IMG/VR virus record: IMGVR_UViG_3300043432_000246
Location: 1-44,027 of that record
DNA from: a virus
Taxonomy: Duplodnaviria > Caudoviricetes
Length of the DNA: 44,027 nt
Reading direction: 5' to 3' (one strand)
The notes beneath the pieces were generated by a model. That model did not search any database. It was given only the letters and a program-made list of their open reading frames with translations, and was not told the DNA's origin. The translations under genes were made by a program, and so were the position numbers. Within the stretch, counting starts at the first letter, position 1, and every line of letters starts with the position of its first letter. Below are positions 1-7,885 of the stretch, piece by piece.

Positions 1-244
1 CAAGGCAGGCGGGGGCATCAAGGCAGGCGGTGGCATCGAGGCGGGCTGGGGCATCGAGGCGGGCGGGGGCATCGAGGCGGGCCATGGCATCAAGGCAGGC
101 GGGGGCATCAAGGCAGGCGGTGGCATCAAGGCGGGCTGGGGCATCGAGGCGGGCCATGGCATCAAGGCAGGCGGTGGCATCGAGGCGGGCTGGGGCATCG
201 AGGCGGGCTGGGGCATCGAGGCGGGCTGGGGCATCGAGGCGGGC
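1..244 (+). repeat. 18-bp coding tandem repeat GGCATC(A/G)AGGC(A/G)GGC-NNN, about 13.5 units
   Basis: Read directly; the variable codon is GGG, GGT, TGG or CAT. Confidence 0.95.
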
Positions 245-418
245 TTAACAGTGAAATGCAAAACCTCCCTCTCATTCAAATTCCGTCTTTTCGCTGGAAT
301 CGCCACATGGAAGAAAACGGAGCCAGAAGAACAGATTGTTGAATGTGAAAAGATTGACGGTGAAATCGGATATGGAACTTTGAGGCTATTAGATAAGTCC
401 ATCGCCCAGCGCGATTAG
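2..418 (+). CDS. 3' part of GI[K/E]AGx hexapeptide-repeat (beta-helix-like) protein; 5' part lies at the window end
   Basis: Frame 2 reads KAGGGIKAGGGIEAGWGIEAG...GIEAGLTVKCKTSLSFKFRLFAGIATWKK...SIAQRD and stops at TAG 416-418. Same repeat as the ORF at 43766-44026. Missed by the ORF track because it has no start codon here. Confidence 0.8.
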   Translation, partial: KAGGGIKAGGGIEAGWGIEAGGGIEAGHGIKAGGGIKAGGGIKAGWGIEAGHGIKAGGGIEAGWGIEAGWGIEAGWGIEAGLTVKCKTSLSFKFRLFAGIATWKKTEPEEQIVECEKIDGEIGYGTLRLLDKSIAQRD

Positions 419-425
419 GGGGAGT

Positions 426-1031
426 ATGAAAACAATCCTTCACCTTTGTGCCGACATTGGCAGCGACTCCCAGCCTTATCGGGATGCTGGTTATGAGGTG
501 ATTTGCGTCGGCAAAGATATTGGGGTGGAGAATTACCATCCGCCGAAAGGTGTCCATGGGATTATTGCCAATCCGCCATGCACACATTTTTCTATTGCAC
601 GAACTGTTGCGGCAACTCCGCGAGATTTAAGAGAAGGTATGCGTTTGGTTAAGGAAGTTCAGCGAATCATTTGGGAGTGTCAGTACGATCTTGTTCCTGG
701 AACAAGAAAAAGCAACCTAAAATTTTGGGCTATCGAGAATCCGGCAACCGGGATGCTTCGTTATTTTCTGGGGAATCCCACTTATCAATATTGCCCCAGT
801 GAATTTGGTGCCGATTACACAAAGAGAACTGCGCTATGGGGATTTTTCAAGCCCCCCCCCCCAAAGCCATTCTTCCTGATGAATCCATTGAGGAAACGAT
901 CATTGGTAGGAAGTGAAGTTACCTCATATTTAAATTATCCAAAAGGAAAGGAAGGCCGGGAGATGATGATGCATGATAGGTCGAAGTGTTTTGAGCCATT
1001 TGCTCGAGCATTCTTCGAGGCAAATCCGTGA
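426..1031 (+). CDS. Short phage C5-cytosine DNA methyltransferase-like protein
   Basis: Motif I-like ILHLCADIG, catalytic NPPC, ENP motif VI (WAIENP), KRT motif VIII and C-terminal FARAFFEAN. GGGGAG RBS. Confidence 0.75.
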   Translation: MKTILHLCADIGSDSQPYRDAGYEVICVGKDIGVENYHPPKGVHGIIANPPCTHFSIARTVAATPRDLREGMRLVKEVQRIIWECQYDLVPGTRKSNLKFWAIENPATGMLRYFLGNPTYQYCPSEFGADYTKRTALWGFFKPPPPKPFFLMNPLRKRSLVGSEVTSYLNYPKGKEGREMMMHDRSKCFEPFARAFFEANP

Positions 1032-1205
1032 GTCTTGAAAACATGGAAGCATGGAAATCAACGCAAGATGGCAGGGCAGAAGTTATTTTTCTGATTGATT
1101 TTTATAGTCGGAGAAAGTGGAATTATTTAACGGCCCTTGAATTCGTTGTCAGGAAATTAAACGGAAGTCTCTCAAATAAATGCCCACGATTCTGTTGTTC
1201 TGATC

Positions 1206-1613
1206 GTGGAAGACCAAGAAAAAAAGGAACCCATGGAAAAGGATAAGACCGACCGCCACGAAGTCAGAGCGAAAGAAATATGTTGCTTGGTTCATGGCCG
1301 CAAAGACCATGTTTGCGAATTATCCGATCAGATCGTCGAAGCATTAAGAAAAGAAAGGGAAGAGGCGCAACGGGAAATAATAGAAGCCAAGGAAATTACT
1401 GGTTTGCAGTATTGGCTGAACACAATATTGTTTCTTTGGGAAGATGGCGCATCAAAAGCAGATCATCCCAATGACATAGAAAAAGCGCACGAAGTTTGTC
1501 TCGGTTATTTTGAATTTGCCGCAAAAATATACGGGAAAAAACATGTTGGAAATGGAATGTACGTTGATTTTACTGAAGAAGAAATCCGCCGCTTGAAGGA
1601 GAATTCCAAATGA
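1206..1613 (+). CDS. Hypothetical phage protein
   Basis: ORF in the tightly packed + strand accessory cluster; start uncertain. Confidence 0.55.
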   Translation: MEDQEKKEPMEKDKTDRHEVRAKEICCLVHGRKDHVCELSDQIVEALRKEREEAQREIIEAKEITGLQYWLNTILFLWEDGASKADHPNDIEKAHEVCLGYFEFAAKIYGKKHVGNGMYVDFTEEEIRRLKENSK

Positions 1614-1782
1614 ATTATTGCGCCAAGTGCATGAGACTTTGCGAAAAGAAATGGGGCGTCTGGATTTGTATTGGATGCAATGAAGAATGTAAGAACTGCA
1701 TTTGTAAGAGGGCCGAATGAGTGAAAGGATTAAAACAGAACGTCGAAACTTGAAGAATCGAAGGGAATAAGGAGAATTACAA

Positions 1783-2019
1783 ATGAATCTTTTCATTCTC
1801 GTCTGCTACATTTACGCGGGCATTGACCCAGGCATGAACCCGTCATACGTTCCGGAATATCATGTAAAAATAACCGAGAACCGAGGGGAAGTAGCAGCAT
1901 ATCTTTTGCAAACAACAGAAAATTGCCGATTGTATCGAGGGGAAAAAATGGATTACGAAATATTAAGCGCGACAATTCCATCGACGACAAAAGTCTTGAC
2001 AGGGGTTGAATTCAAATGA
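1783..2019 (+). CDS. Hypothetical protein
   Basis: AAGGAG RBS; ATGA overlap with the next gene. Confidence 0.65.
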   Translation: MNLFILVCYIYAGIDPGMNPSYVPEYHVKITENRGEVAAYLLQTTENCRLYRGEKMDYEILSATIPSTTKVLTGVEFK

Positions 2020-2285
2020 GCGAAACGAAGATGACGGTGAAAAGCGCCAACAAAATTGTTTCCGGCGAAAATAATCTGAACTGGATAGAAATTCCGGCTG
2101 ATGCGAGAGAACTTGGCAGAAACGAAGGATTCTTGGACGCAGTTTCACGGTTCAGGCCAATTGTGGAGGCGTTGGAGAAAGTTTCCAAAGGAATAGAGCT
2201 TTGCGACATTTCTGTTACGGTACAAATTGAAACCGAAGTAGATGAAGCCCTCTCTCTATGGAAGGAACTGCAAGGAGAAAAGTAA
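2016..2285 (+). CDS. Hypothetical protein
   Basis: Coupled by ATGA overlap to the upstream ORF. Confidence 0.6.
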   Translation: MSETKMTVKSANKIVSGENNLNWIEIPADARELGRNEGFLDAVSRFRPIVEALEKVSKGIELCDISVTVQIETEVDEALSLWKELQGEK

Positions 2286-2495
2286 ATGAATCCGATGATG
2301 CCAACGCACACTTGCTTTCCTGCCGGAGATTGCCAAACTTGTAGACAATACAGTTTCAATCTGCCGCAAATAATTCCACCGGATCAAACAAGGTGCGATC
2401 ATTGTTTCTGTCGAACAGCCTTAAATGATCCGACGCACAATGAATGTTGTATGTGTTTCTGCCGAAAGCAGAGCGGGAAGGGGAAAGCGGAATGA
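2286..2495 (+). CDS. Small Cys-rich hypothetical protein
   Basis: Several CxxC/CxHC motifs; AAGGAG upstream. Confidence 0.55.
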   Translation: MNPMMPTHTCFPAGDCQTCRQYSFNLPQIIPPDQTRCDHCFCRTALNDPTHNECCMCFCRKQSGKGKAE

Positions 2496-2600
2496 AATTT
2501 GATGTACTCGATTTGATAATAAGTGGGTTAATCGGATTCATCTTGGGAATAATTTTTACTTGGTCAATGAAATGACTCACCGTACCCCTGGGAGGGATCA

Positions 2601-2984
2601 ATGAGTAGTGATCTTAAGCCGTGTCCGTTTTGCGGAAATCCGGGTGAGGATTGGCCTTGGAATTTATCGGTTCATTGTGGGTGTATCGGTGATCAGCAAA
2701 TAGATTTTAAAAGTTGGCAAAATGCCTATTGCTGGAAAGGAATCTCCCAGCGCGACGAGAGAATAAAAGACCTCGAAGCCCAGAACTCGGTTATGAAAGA
2801 GGCGCTGGAGGATATTGCCAATTACCCACATCCAAAATTTAACGGGGAAAAAGTTTGGACAATTTCCGAAGTATCCGCAACAAACAAAATAGCCAAAGAC
2901 GCTCTATCGAAAGCGGGTAAAATCACCACGCCAGATGGTACGCATGGTAAAAAGTTGCATTGGCCGTCGGGGGATGTGAAGTGA
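2601..2984 (+). CDS. Lar-like (restriction-alleviation-type) zinc-finger protein with coiled coil
   Basis: N-terminal LKPCPFCG is typical of Lar-family phage proteins; GGAGG RBS. Confidence 0.55.
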   Translation: MSSDLKPCPFCGNPGEDWPWNLSVHCGCIGDQQIDFKSWQNAYCWKGISQRDERIKDLEAQNSVMKEALEDIANYPHPKFNGEKVWTISEVSATNKIAKDALSKAGKITTPDGTHGKKLHWPSGDVK

Positions 2985-3351
2985 TGGCACAGCCAAGACT
3001 CGGGCTTAGCAAAGATGCAAACCCGGAATATTGCATGGATTGTTTCAGTCACAAACTCGTTGCGCTTAAATGTCCTGGTTGTGGCTGGAAATTCAGGGGT
3101 CATGTTAATAACAAGACATCTGATAAGATAAAAAAATCACCATGCTTGCCTACGCGCAGGGAGATTTGGGGGAGTCTTGGATACGCCGATAAAAAATAAA
3201 TGTTTCTGTGGCAAGCCGGCGACCAAGGTCCACAACGGAATTACGGTTTGCAAAGATTATCCCTGGTGCAATGAGGTCCACTGATGTTTTATTTGGCTTT
3301 GCATTTCATTGATTGGCTGTCGGTGAAATATTATTACTGGTCAAAAAGAAG

Positions 3352-3380
3352 TTGACGCAGTAATTAATTACGGTTATACT
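3352..3380 (+). promoter_or_regulatory. Sigma70-like promoter with palindromic operator GTAATTAATTAC in the spacer
   Basis: TTGACG-17 bp-TATACT; palindrome at 3360-3371; AAGGAG RBS and ORF 3414 downstream. Confidence 0.8.
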
Positions 3381-3413
3381 CCGGGAGTCTTAAAACCAGA
3401 TAAGGAGCCTAAT

Positions 3414-3821
3414 ATGAAAAAACGTACTCAGCCTATATTCCAAGCAATGGGACTTGAGGAAGTAAAGCTTCCGAGTCTCTTAGAAACACAGTCTGAAAAG
3501 GTTGATTTGGCGGCACATACACCGACACCGTGGAATCAAAAAGGAATGTATTTTGACTCAAATGGACTACGCTTGATCGGCCGGACAATTCAAATGAAAG
3601 GGAAAGATTTAAAGCAAGATGAAGCGGAACAGGACTTAGCGTATGCCAATGCCGCCTTCATCGTCCGCTGTGTAAATAGCCATGAGGCAAACATGCAATT
3701 CGCCCAAGATGTAGCAGATATTCTCGATCTACAAAAAGACGGGAACATTAAATCAGCGATGATCTTGGAAGCATTGCAGAAAAGATGGAAAGCCATCGCT
3801 CAAGCGGAAAAGGGGGAATAA
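3414..3821 (+). CDS. Phage accessory protein (HTPxPW...ANAxxIVxxxN type)
   Basis: HTPTPW and ANAAFIVRCVNSHE motifs are common in small phage early proteins; strong RBS. Confidence 0.75.
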   Translation: MKKRTQPIFQAMGLEEVKLPSLLETQSEKVDLAAHTPTPWNQKGMYFDSNGLRLIGRTIQMKGKDLKQDEAEQDLAYANAAFIVRCVNSHEANMQFAQDVADILDLQKDGNIKSAMILEALQKRWKAIAQAEKGE

Positions 3822-3822
3822 T

Positions 3823-4068
3823 ATGAATAACAAAATACAGTCTGGAAAGGTTGATTCGGCGGCAAAAACACATCCGGCCGTCTATAAAATTGTCGAGCCT
3901 GACGAAATCATCGTTAAAAAGAATTCACATGAGGCGTTGTTGGATACGCTTATACTGGCGTTGCCTTATATTGAAACATTGGCCGATGATCCAGGATACA
4001 AGCCGGAATCAATCAAGAACTTCGTAAAGAAAATTCACAACGTGCTGGCCCAAGCAGAGGGGAAATAG
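3823..4068 (+). CDS. Hypothetical protein, partial paralog of 3414-3821
   Basis: Shares QS(E/G)KVD(L/S)AA, NSHEA and terminal AQAE motifs with the upstream gene. Confidence 0.65.
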   Translation: MNNKIQSGKVDSAAKTHPAVYKIVEPDEIIVKKNSHEALLDTLILALPYIETLADDPGYKPESIKNFVKKIHNVLAQAEGK

Positions 4069-4070
4069 CC

Positions 4071-4277
4071 ATGAGCGAACAAGTAAATTGGGACTTCAAG
4101 TATGATCCACCAACTACCTATGAAATAGAAGTTCAGCAGATAATTGGAATATTACGGTGTGATTACTGTGAAGAACAGGCAACATGCAAAATTTCCATTG
4201 AACATTCATGGGGATGGGGACTGTTTAACCCGGTTTGCGACAATCACAGGGAAAAGATTGAGCGGGGGGAAATGTGA
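4071..4277 (+). CDS. Small zinc-ribbon-like protein
   Basis: CDYC...CDNH motif; GAGGGG RBS. Confidence 0.55.
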   Translation: MSEQVNWDFKYDPPTTYEIEVQQIIGILRCDYCEEQATCKISIEHSWGWGLFNPVCDNHREKIERGEM

Positions 4278-4459
4278 AAGTAGTTCGCTTCGAGGTGACT
4301 GTCCGAATCCACGAAAATATGGACTTCACTGAGGCTCAGGCAATTCAGAAAGCGCGGTATATGTTAATGGACGTTCCTGGTTCTGTGGAGGTGGTGCAAC
4401 TGGGCTCAACCATTGAATACGGAATCGCGGAGCGCCGGCCAGAAATTCAATCGTTGTAA
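4274..4459 (+). CDS. Hypothetical protein
   Basis: GTG start with GTGA overlap; GGGGG RBS. Confidence 0.5.
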   Translation: MKVVRFEVTVRIHENMDFTEAQAIQKARYMLMDVPGSVEVVQLGSTIEYGIAERRPEIQSL

Positions 4460-4465
4460 ATTCAC

Positions 4466-4613
4466 AAGCGTAAAGGCGTAGAAATTAAGGGCGCATGCGT
4501 GGATTCTCGAGCCTACGGGACCACATAGATCACGGCTCTTTTTGCATGAGGATAGAGGGTGAGATTCCCCACTGTGAACGTCGGGCCAGCGACGATAAAC
4601 AAGCTGGCCGCTT
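4466..4613 (+). ncRNA. Candidate structured ncRNA (unclassified)
   Basis: Intergenic. AAGCG/CGCTT closing stem, nested CATGC/GCATG and GAGCC/GGCTC, T-loop-like GGGTGAGATTCCC and GGCCAGC/GCTGGCC hairpin. Confidence 0.35.
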
Positions 4614-4639
4614 TAAGCAGAACTTAAAAAGGAGATCAT

Positions 4640-4822
4640 GTGAAACAAACATTGACGGTGAATTTGGTTGAGGGTGGGATTCATGGGATCGAAGCTCGCC
4701 AAGTAGAATTGTTTGATGGTGGGTTGCGTGTCACGGGAGTGGGCGGATCGGTTATTGATGTACCAATTTCCAATGTTGCTGGAATCGTGTACATGCAGGA
4801 GGACGAAAATGCCGGCGCGTAA
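4640..4822 (+). CDS. Small beta-rich hypothetical protein
   Basis: AAGGAG RBS upstream of GTG. Confidence 0.55.
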   Translation: MKQTLTVNLVEGGIHGIEARQVELFDGGLRVTGVGGSVIDVPISNVAGIVYMQEDENAGA

Positions 4823-5033
4823 ACTCAACAAAAAACCATTGGCCAGAATCGATGTCATCGTCACGCCATTAATCGACGAATGGGTGGCTCGAGTCTCTTT
4901 CTCCCGCAACATGAGTAAGGCGGAATTTGTGCGCTCACATTTTCCGCCAGATGAAGCAATGAAGAGCATGATCAATCGCTTGCGGCGTGAACAGAAAGGC
5001 TACACCAATATTTTAAGGCCAATAAGCAAATGA
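4809..5033 (+). CDS. Ribbon-helix-helix (CopG/Arc-like) DNA-binding protein
   Basis: ATG at 4809 after GGAGG. RIDVIVT strand, helix PLIDEWVARVSFSRN and turn/helix MSKAEFVR match the RHH pattern. Confidence 0.6.
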   Translation: MPARKLNKKPLARIDVIVTPLIDEWVARVSFSRNMSKAEFVRSHFPPDEAMKSMINRLRREQKGYTNILRPISK

Positions 5034-5139
5034 TCAGCGTGCTGCTTGGATTTATTTTAATCATTACGTTTGCCATTACTTTTTTTATTGTGCGCTCCTG
5101 TATGCGACGAGCGCGCCGGCGAAGAATTTTCGGGATAAT

Positions 5140-5391
5140 GTGATGAAAAAACTTATCTGTTTAATGATTTTCACCGTTACCTGGGATCTTTACTTCTATC
5201 CACATCAAAACAATCCAATGCTGATGGGGACTGGAACAAAAATTCATCGCAAGAAAGAATTCGGAACCAGAAAAGAAATGCTGGAATTCTTGAGTCGATT
5301 CCCTAAAGATGAATTTGAATGTCATCCCAAAGAATTTGAGAATGCAGGGACCTGTTTTGTCGACAACATAAAACCGCGACCAGAAAAATGA
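5140..5391 (+). CDS. Hypothetical protein
   Basis: ORF coupled to the next gene by ATGA overlap. Confidence 0.5.
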   Translation: MMKKLICLMIFTVTWDLYFYPHQNNPMLMGTGTKIHRKKEFGTRKEMLEFLSRFPKDEFECHPKEFENAGTCFVDNIKPRPEK

Positions 5392-5606
5392 ACGCTTACA
5401 CACAATGGGAAAAGATGTGCAAGGACCTGCTGATTTTATCCATCGCGTTGATTGTCACTGTGATTTGGTTAATCGTAGTGCTTGTTGATCAGAAGCAGGA
5501 GAACCGTATTCTTCAAAACAAACTGACGGCAACCGTGGAAGCCTGCGGGGACGCTTGGCTCAAAACACCAATAACAGAAAAAGAAATAGGGGGATTTCAT
5601 GAGTGA
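5388..5606 (+). CDS. Small single-TM membrane protein
   Basis: Hydrophobic stretch LLILSIALIVTVIWLIVVLV. Confidence 0.6.
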   Translation: MNAYTQWEKMCKDLLILSIALIVTVIWLIVVLVDQKQENRILQNKLTATVEACGDAWLKTPITEKEIGGFHE

Positions 5607-5784
5607 AATAAATCATTTGCAAGCTTGGAAAGATGAAGCAGTAAAATGGAAAGATTTGTATGAAAAAACAATGATTTCCCTACAGGAGCATAAACGATTA
5701 ATTGAGGAATATAAAAGGTAAATATCCCTTGAAGTCATTTAACGCCTCTGTGGTACAATTTCGCCATGTCAAAACTCTCATTCC

Positions 5785-6645
5785 TCAGGCTTGCGCGAAA
5801 GTCCGCCCTACCGCTGAGAACAGAAGGCGGGGCAAAGACTCGAAACGATGGGCGTACCGGTAAGAAAACTCGTCAAGGTAAGCCTGTAAATGCTTCGGCG
5901 AAACCTTATGGTAAGTCCCGTGGACGGAACGCTTAAACTGCGACCAGAAGCCCTCTATCGTGTTCGTGTGGATCGGTCCATCAGCGTATTGACCGGCGGC
6001 ATGGCGAACTGTCCCATGCGTGTAAAAGAGCGAATCCACCTTGTTGTAACTTCCTGATTCGTCGGTTGCGATCATAGAACCAGGCGCAACCATTTCATCA
6101 ATCAACGGCAAGAGAGTTTCCGCTTTGACGTTCTCAACGATTTTCGTCTTAACGCCACCGTTACGTTGCACCACGCCGAACACGGGCGTTTTCCCTTCCG
6201 CGCCACGGCCACGCTTGCCCTCTCGTTTTCCGCCGATATAGGTTTCGTCGGCTTCAATAACACCGCTTAACGGTTCCGTGTCCTGCGTCATGAGCTTTCG
6301 TATCTGGCTGGCAATCCGCCATGCACACTTGTATGTCACACCCAAATGACGCTGTAGCTCCTTAGCGGCCACGCCATTCTTTGATTGGCTCATTAAGAAC
6401 ATAGCGTGAAACCAGAACGTAAGTGGCGTAGGTGACTTATGGAAAATCGTCCCTGCCGTTGGGCTGATCTGGTTCCCGCACCACGAACAGACGTAAGCCT
6501 TGCGCCGTTCAATCGGATAGAAGCAAGCCTTGTGTTGGCATTTGTGGCAATCTGCGCCCCTTGGATAGCGCGTTTTGTAGAGGAAATTAAGACAGGCTTT
6601 ATCGTCAGGGAATAATGCCTTGAACTCTCGGATAGTGAATTTCAT
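5785..6645 (-). CDS. IS1595-family (ISXO2-like) DDE transposase
   Basis: N-terminal Zn ribbon (CHKC...CSWC), HTH (AAKELQRHLGVTYKCAWR) and motifs EADETYIGG, TDE...Y, HTNTIEGFWS, YLDEFSYRY. Confidence 0.95.
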   Translation of the reverse strand: MKFTIREFKALFPDDKACLNFLYKTRYPRGADCHKCQHKACFYPIERRKAYVCSWCGNQISPTAGTIFHKSPTPLTFWFHAMFLMSQSKNGVAAKELQRHLGVTYKCAWRIASQIRKLMTQDTEPLSGVIEADETYIGGKREGKRGRGAEGKTPVFGVVQRNGGVKTKIVENVKAETLLPLIDEMVAPGSMIATDESGSYNKVDSLFYTHGTVRHAAGQYADGPIHTNTIEGFWSQFKRSVHGTYHKVSPKHLQAYLDEFSYRYAHRFESLPRLLFSAVGRTFAQA

Positions 6646-6866
6646 ATAGAGTCCGCTATGCCATGTTTTATAGCGGATCGCATACGAATCTCGGCAAGCT
6701 CGGCGTTCCGCCGCTCTTTTTCCGCCTTGGCTTCACGCTTGCTCGGAAAATATGTCGGGTGGTCACCGTACATTTCTTTTCCTTCCGGCCCAATAATGAC
6801 CGCCTTGACCGCCCATTTACGACCTGGTGCATCTGGTGAAACACAATAGCGAAGAATCATTGTCAT
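6642..6866 (-). CDS. IS passenger hypothetical protein
   Basis: Inside the IS ends; ATGA-coupled to the transposase. Confidence 0.65.
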   Translation of the reverse strand: MTMILRYCVSPDAPGRKWAVKAVIIGPEGKEMYGDHPTYFPSKREAKAEKERRNAELAEIRMRSAIKHGIADSI

Positions 6867-7063
6867 GGCCGCACCTGCACTCTAACCGACTCACTATGGT
6901 TGTCACTGTAAACGATCATTTCATGGGTATTGGCATAATCTCTTGCATCCCATTTGCTCCGAAAAACCTTAACAAAATATCCGTTAGTTGCCTCAACGAT
7001 GTAGCGCGCCCGGCCAAATTCTCTTTCTTGCTTTCTCATTTTTAACTCGTAAACGTTTCTCAT
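6863..7063 (-). CDS. IS passenger hypothetical protein
   Basis: GGGAGG RBS; ATGA-coupled to the next ORF. Confidence 0.65.
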   Translation of the reverse strand: MRNVYELKMRKQEREFGRARYIVEATNGYFVKVFRSKWDARDYANTHEMIVYSDNHSESVRVQVRP

Positions 7064-7095
7064 ATTTCCTCCCTTGCGCTTCTTACTTCTCTATG

Positions 7096-7124
7096 ACTCT
7101 ACCAGGAGTATTAAGTGTTGTCAA
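7096..7124 (-). promoter_or_regulatory. IS operon promoter with -35 overlapping the terminal inverted repeat
   Basis: On the minus strand: TTGACA-17 bp-TAGAGT, upstream of the GGGAGG RBS. Confidence 0.6.
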
Positions 7125-7286
7125 GGGATAATTACCATATAAAAAATCAACCAAGATATTCAATTCGCAAGAACTGACTCTAAAAAAATATCATTCTAAA
7201 TTATGTGAATTTAATGACGTAATTGTGTTTCAGTCCGGAAAGATTTCGGTTATGAAGGAAATCATAGACTCAATGAGGAGAAACAA

Positions 7287-7436
7287 ATGAAAGTCACAAC
7301 ATTCAGCGAAAAAGTAGCAGAGATTGAAGGCGGAAGGAAACAAATCAGCATCGCTCAAATCAAAGAAGTTCTCCGCATCGTCAATGATCTCACCAATGGC
7401 TTGTTCTACGCCATTATCAAGTGGATGCCGGAATAA
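7287..7436 (+). CDS. 49-aa helical protein, weakly resembling the N-terminal helices of HU/IHF
   Basis: MKVTTFSEKVAEIEGGRKQISIAQIKEVLRIVNDLT...; GAGGAG RBS; below the ORF-track size cut-off. Confidence 0.6.
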   Translation: MKVTTFSEKVAEIEGGRKQISIAQIKEVLRIVNDLTNGLFYAIIKWMPE

Positions 7437-7506
7437 AAAAATCCTAAGATTTCATCCGCTCAGCACACGGAGCTTGTTCTTTGAGGAAGTATGAATCTAA
7501 GTCAGG

Positions 7507-7546
7507 GGACCGTCGGTTGATTAATTTCAGCCGGCGGTTCTTTTTT
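7507..7546 (+). terminator. Rho-independent terminator before the terminase genes
   Basis: 14-bp stem including G-U pairs, GGACCGTCGGTTGA/TCAGCCGGCGGTTC, followed by T6. Confidence 0.75.
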
Positions 7547-7564
7547 GGGGTATACTCTTAAGCT

Positions 7565-7885
7565 GTGAAAAAGAGAGGGCTAACAGAGGGAGAAAAACGC
7601 GGGCTTGCGATGGGCAAGAGGTTCCAGAAAGGTCAGTCTGGGAATCCAAATGGTCGCCCCAAGGTCCCGCCCAACATAAGAGCCCTAAAAGAAGAAGCAT
7701 TGGCGCGCGCCATTCAGCTTTTGCATGAAGAAGTGATGGACCCTGATTTCCGATCAAAACTAAAAGCCCAATATCGAAATATGTTTCTTGAAACCACATT
7801 CGACCGGTTTGGACTTCCAAAAGTAACAAAGGCACAGATCACTGGCGATGATGATGGCCCGATTAAAATAAGCTGGGAAGAATGA
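7565..7885 (+). CDS. terS: Terminase small subunit (putative)
   Basis: FQKGQSGNPNGRPK motif, C-terminal ITGDDDGPIKISW and position directly before terL. Confidence 0.75.
   Translation: MKKRGLTEGEKRGLAMGKRFQKGQSGNPNGRPKVPPNIRALKEEALARAIQLLHEEVMDPDFRSKLKAQYRNMFLETTFDRFGLPKVTKAQITGDDDGPIKISWEE

Larger units (their letters stand above)
5717..7136 (-). mobile_element. IS1595-family insertion sequence (1420 bp) with two passenger ORFs
   Basis: Terminal inverted repeats GGTAAATATCCCTTGA (5717) and TCAAGGGATAATTACC (ends 7136); perfect 8-bp TSD ATATAAAA at 5709-5716 and 7137-7144. Confidence 0.95.
5599..7290 (+). pseudogene. 87-aa helical phage gene interrupted by the IS1595-family element
   Basis: Removing the IS and one TSD gives the continuous ORF MSEINHLQAW...EEYK|KSTKIFNSQEL...DSMRRNK, ending at TGA 7288-7290, which overlaps the next ATG. 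Confidence 0.85.

Noticed and set aside
1-244. CRISPR array
   Set aside because: Units are directly abutting 18-mers with only a 3-nt variable codon; there are no spacers and no cas genes.
30-248. ORF MASRRAGASRRA...
   Set aside because: Out-of-frame shadow of the 18-bp repeat; the GI[K/E]AG frame continues into a unique C-terminal domain and matches the gene at the window end.
4713-4808. N-terminal extension of the RHH ORF given in the track
   Set aside because: It overlaps 4640-4822 extensively; ATG 4809 has a GGAGG RBS.
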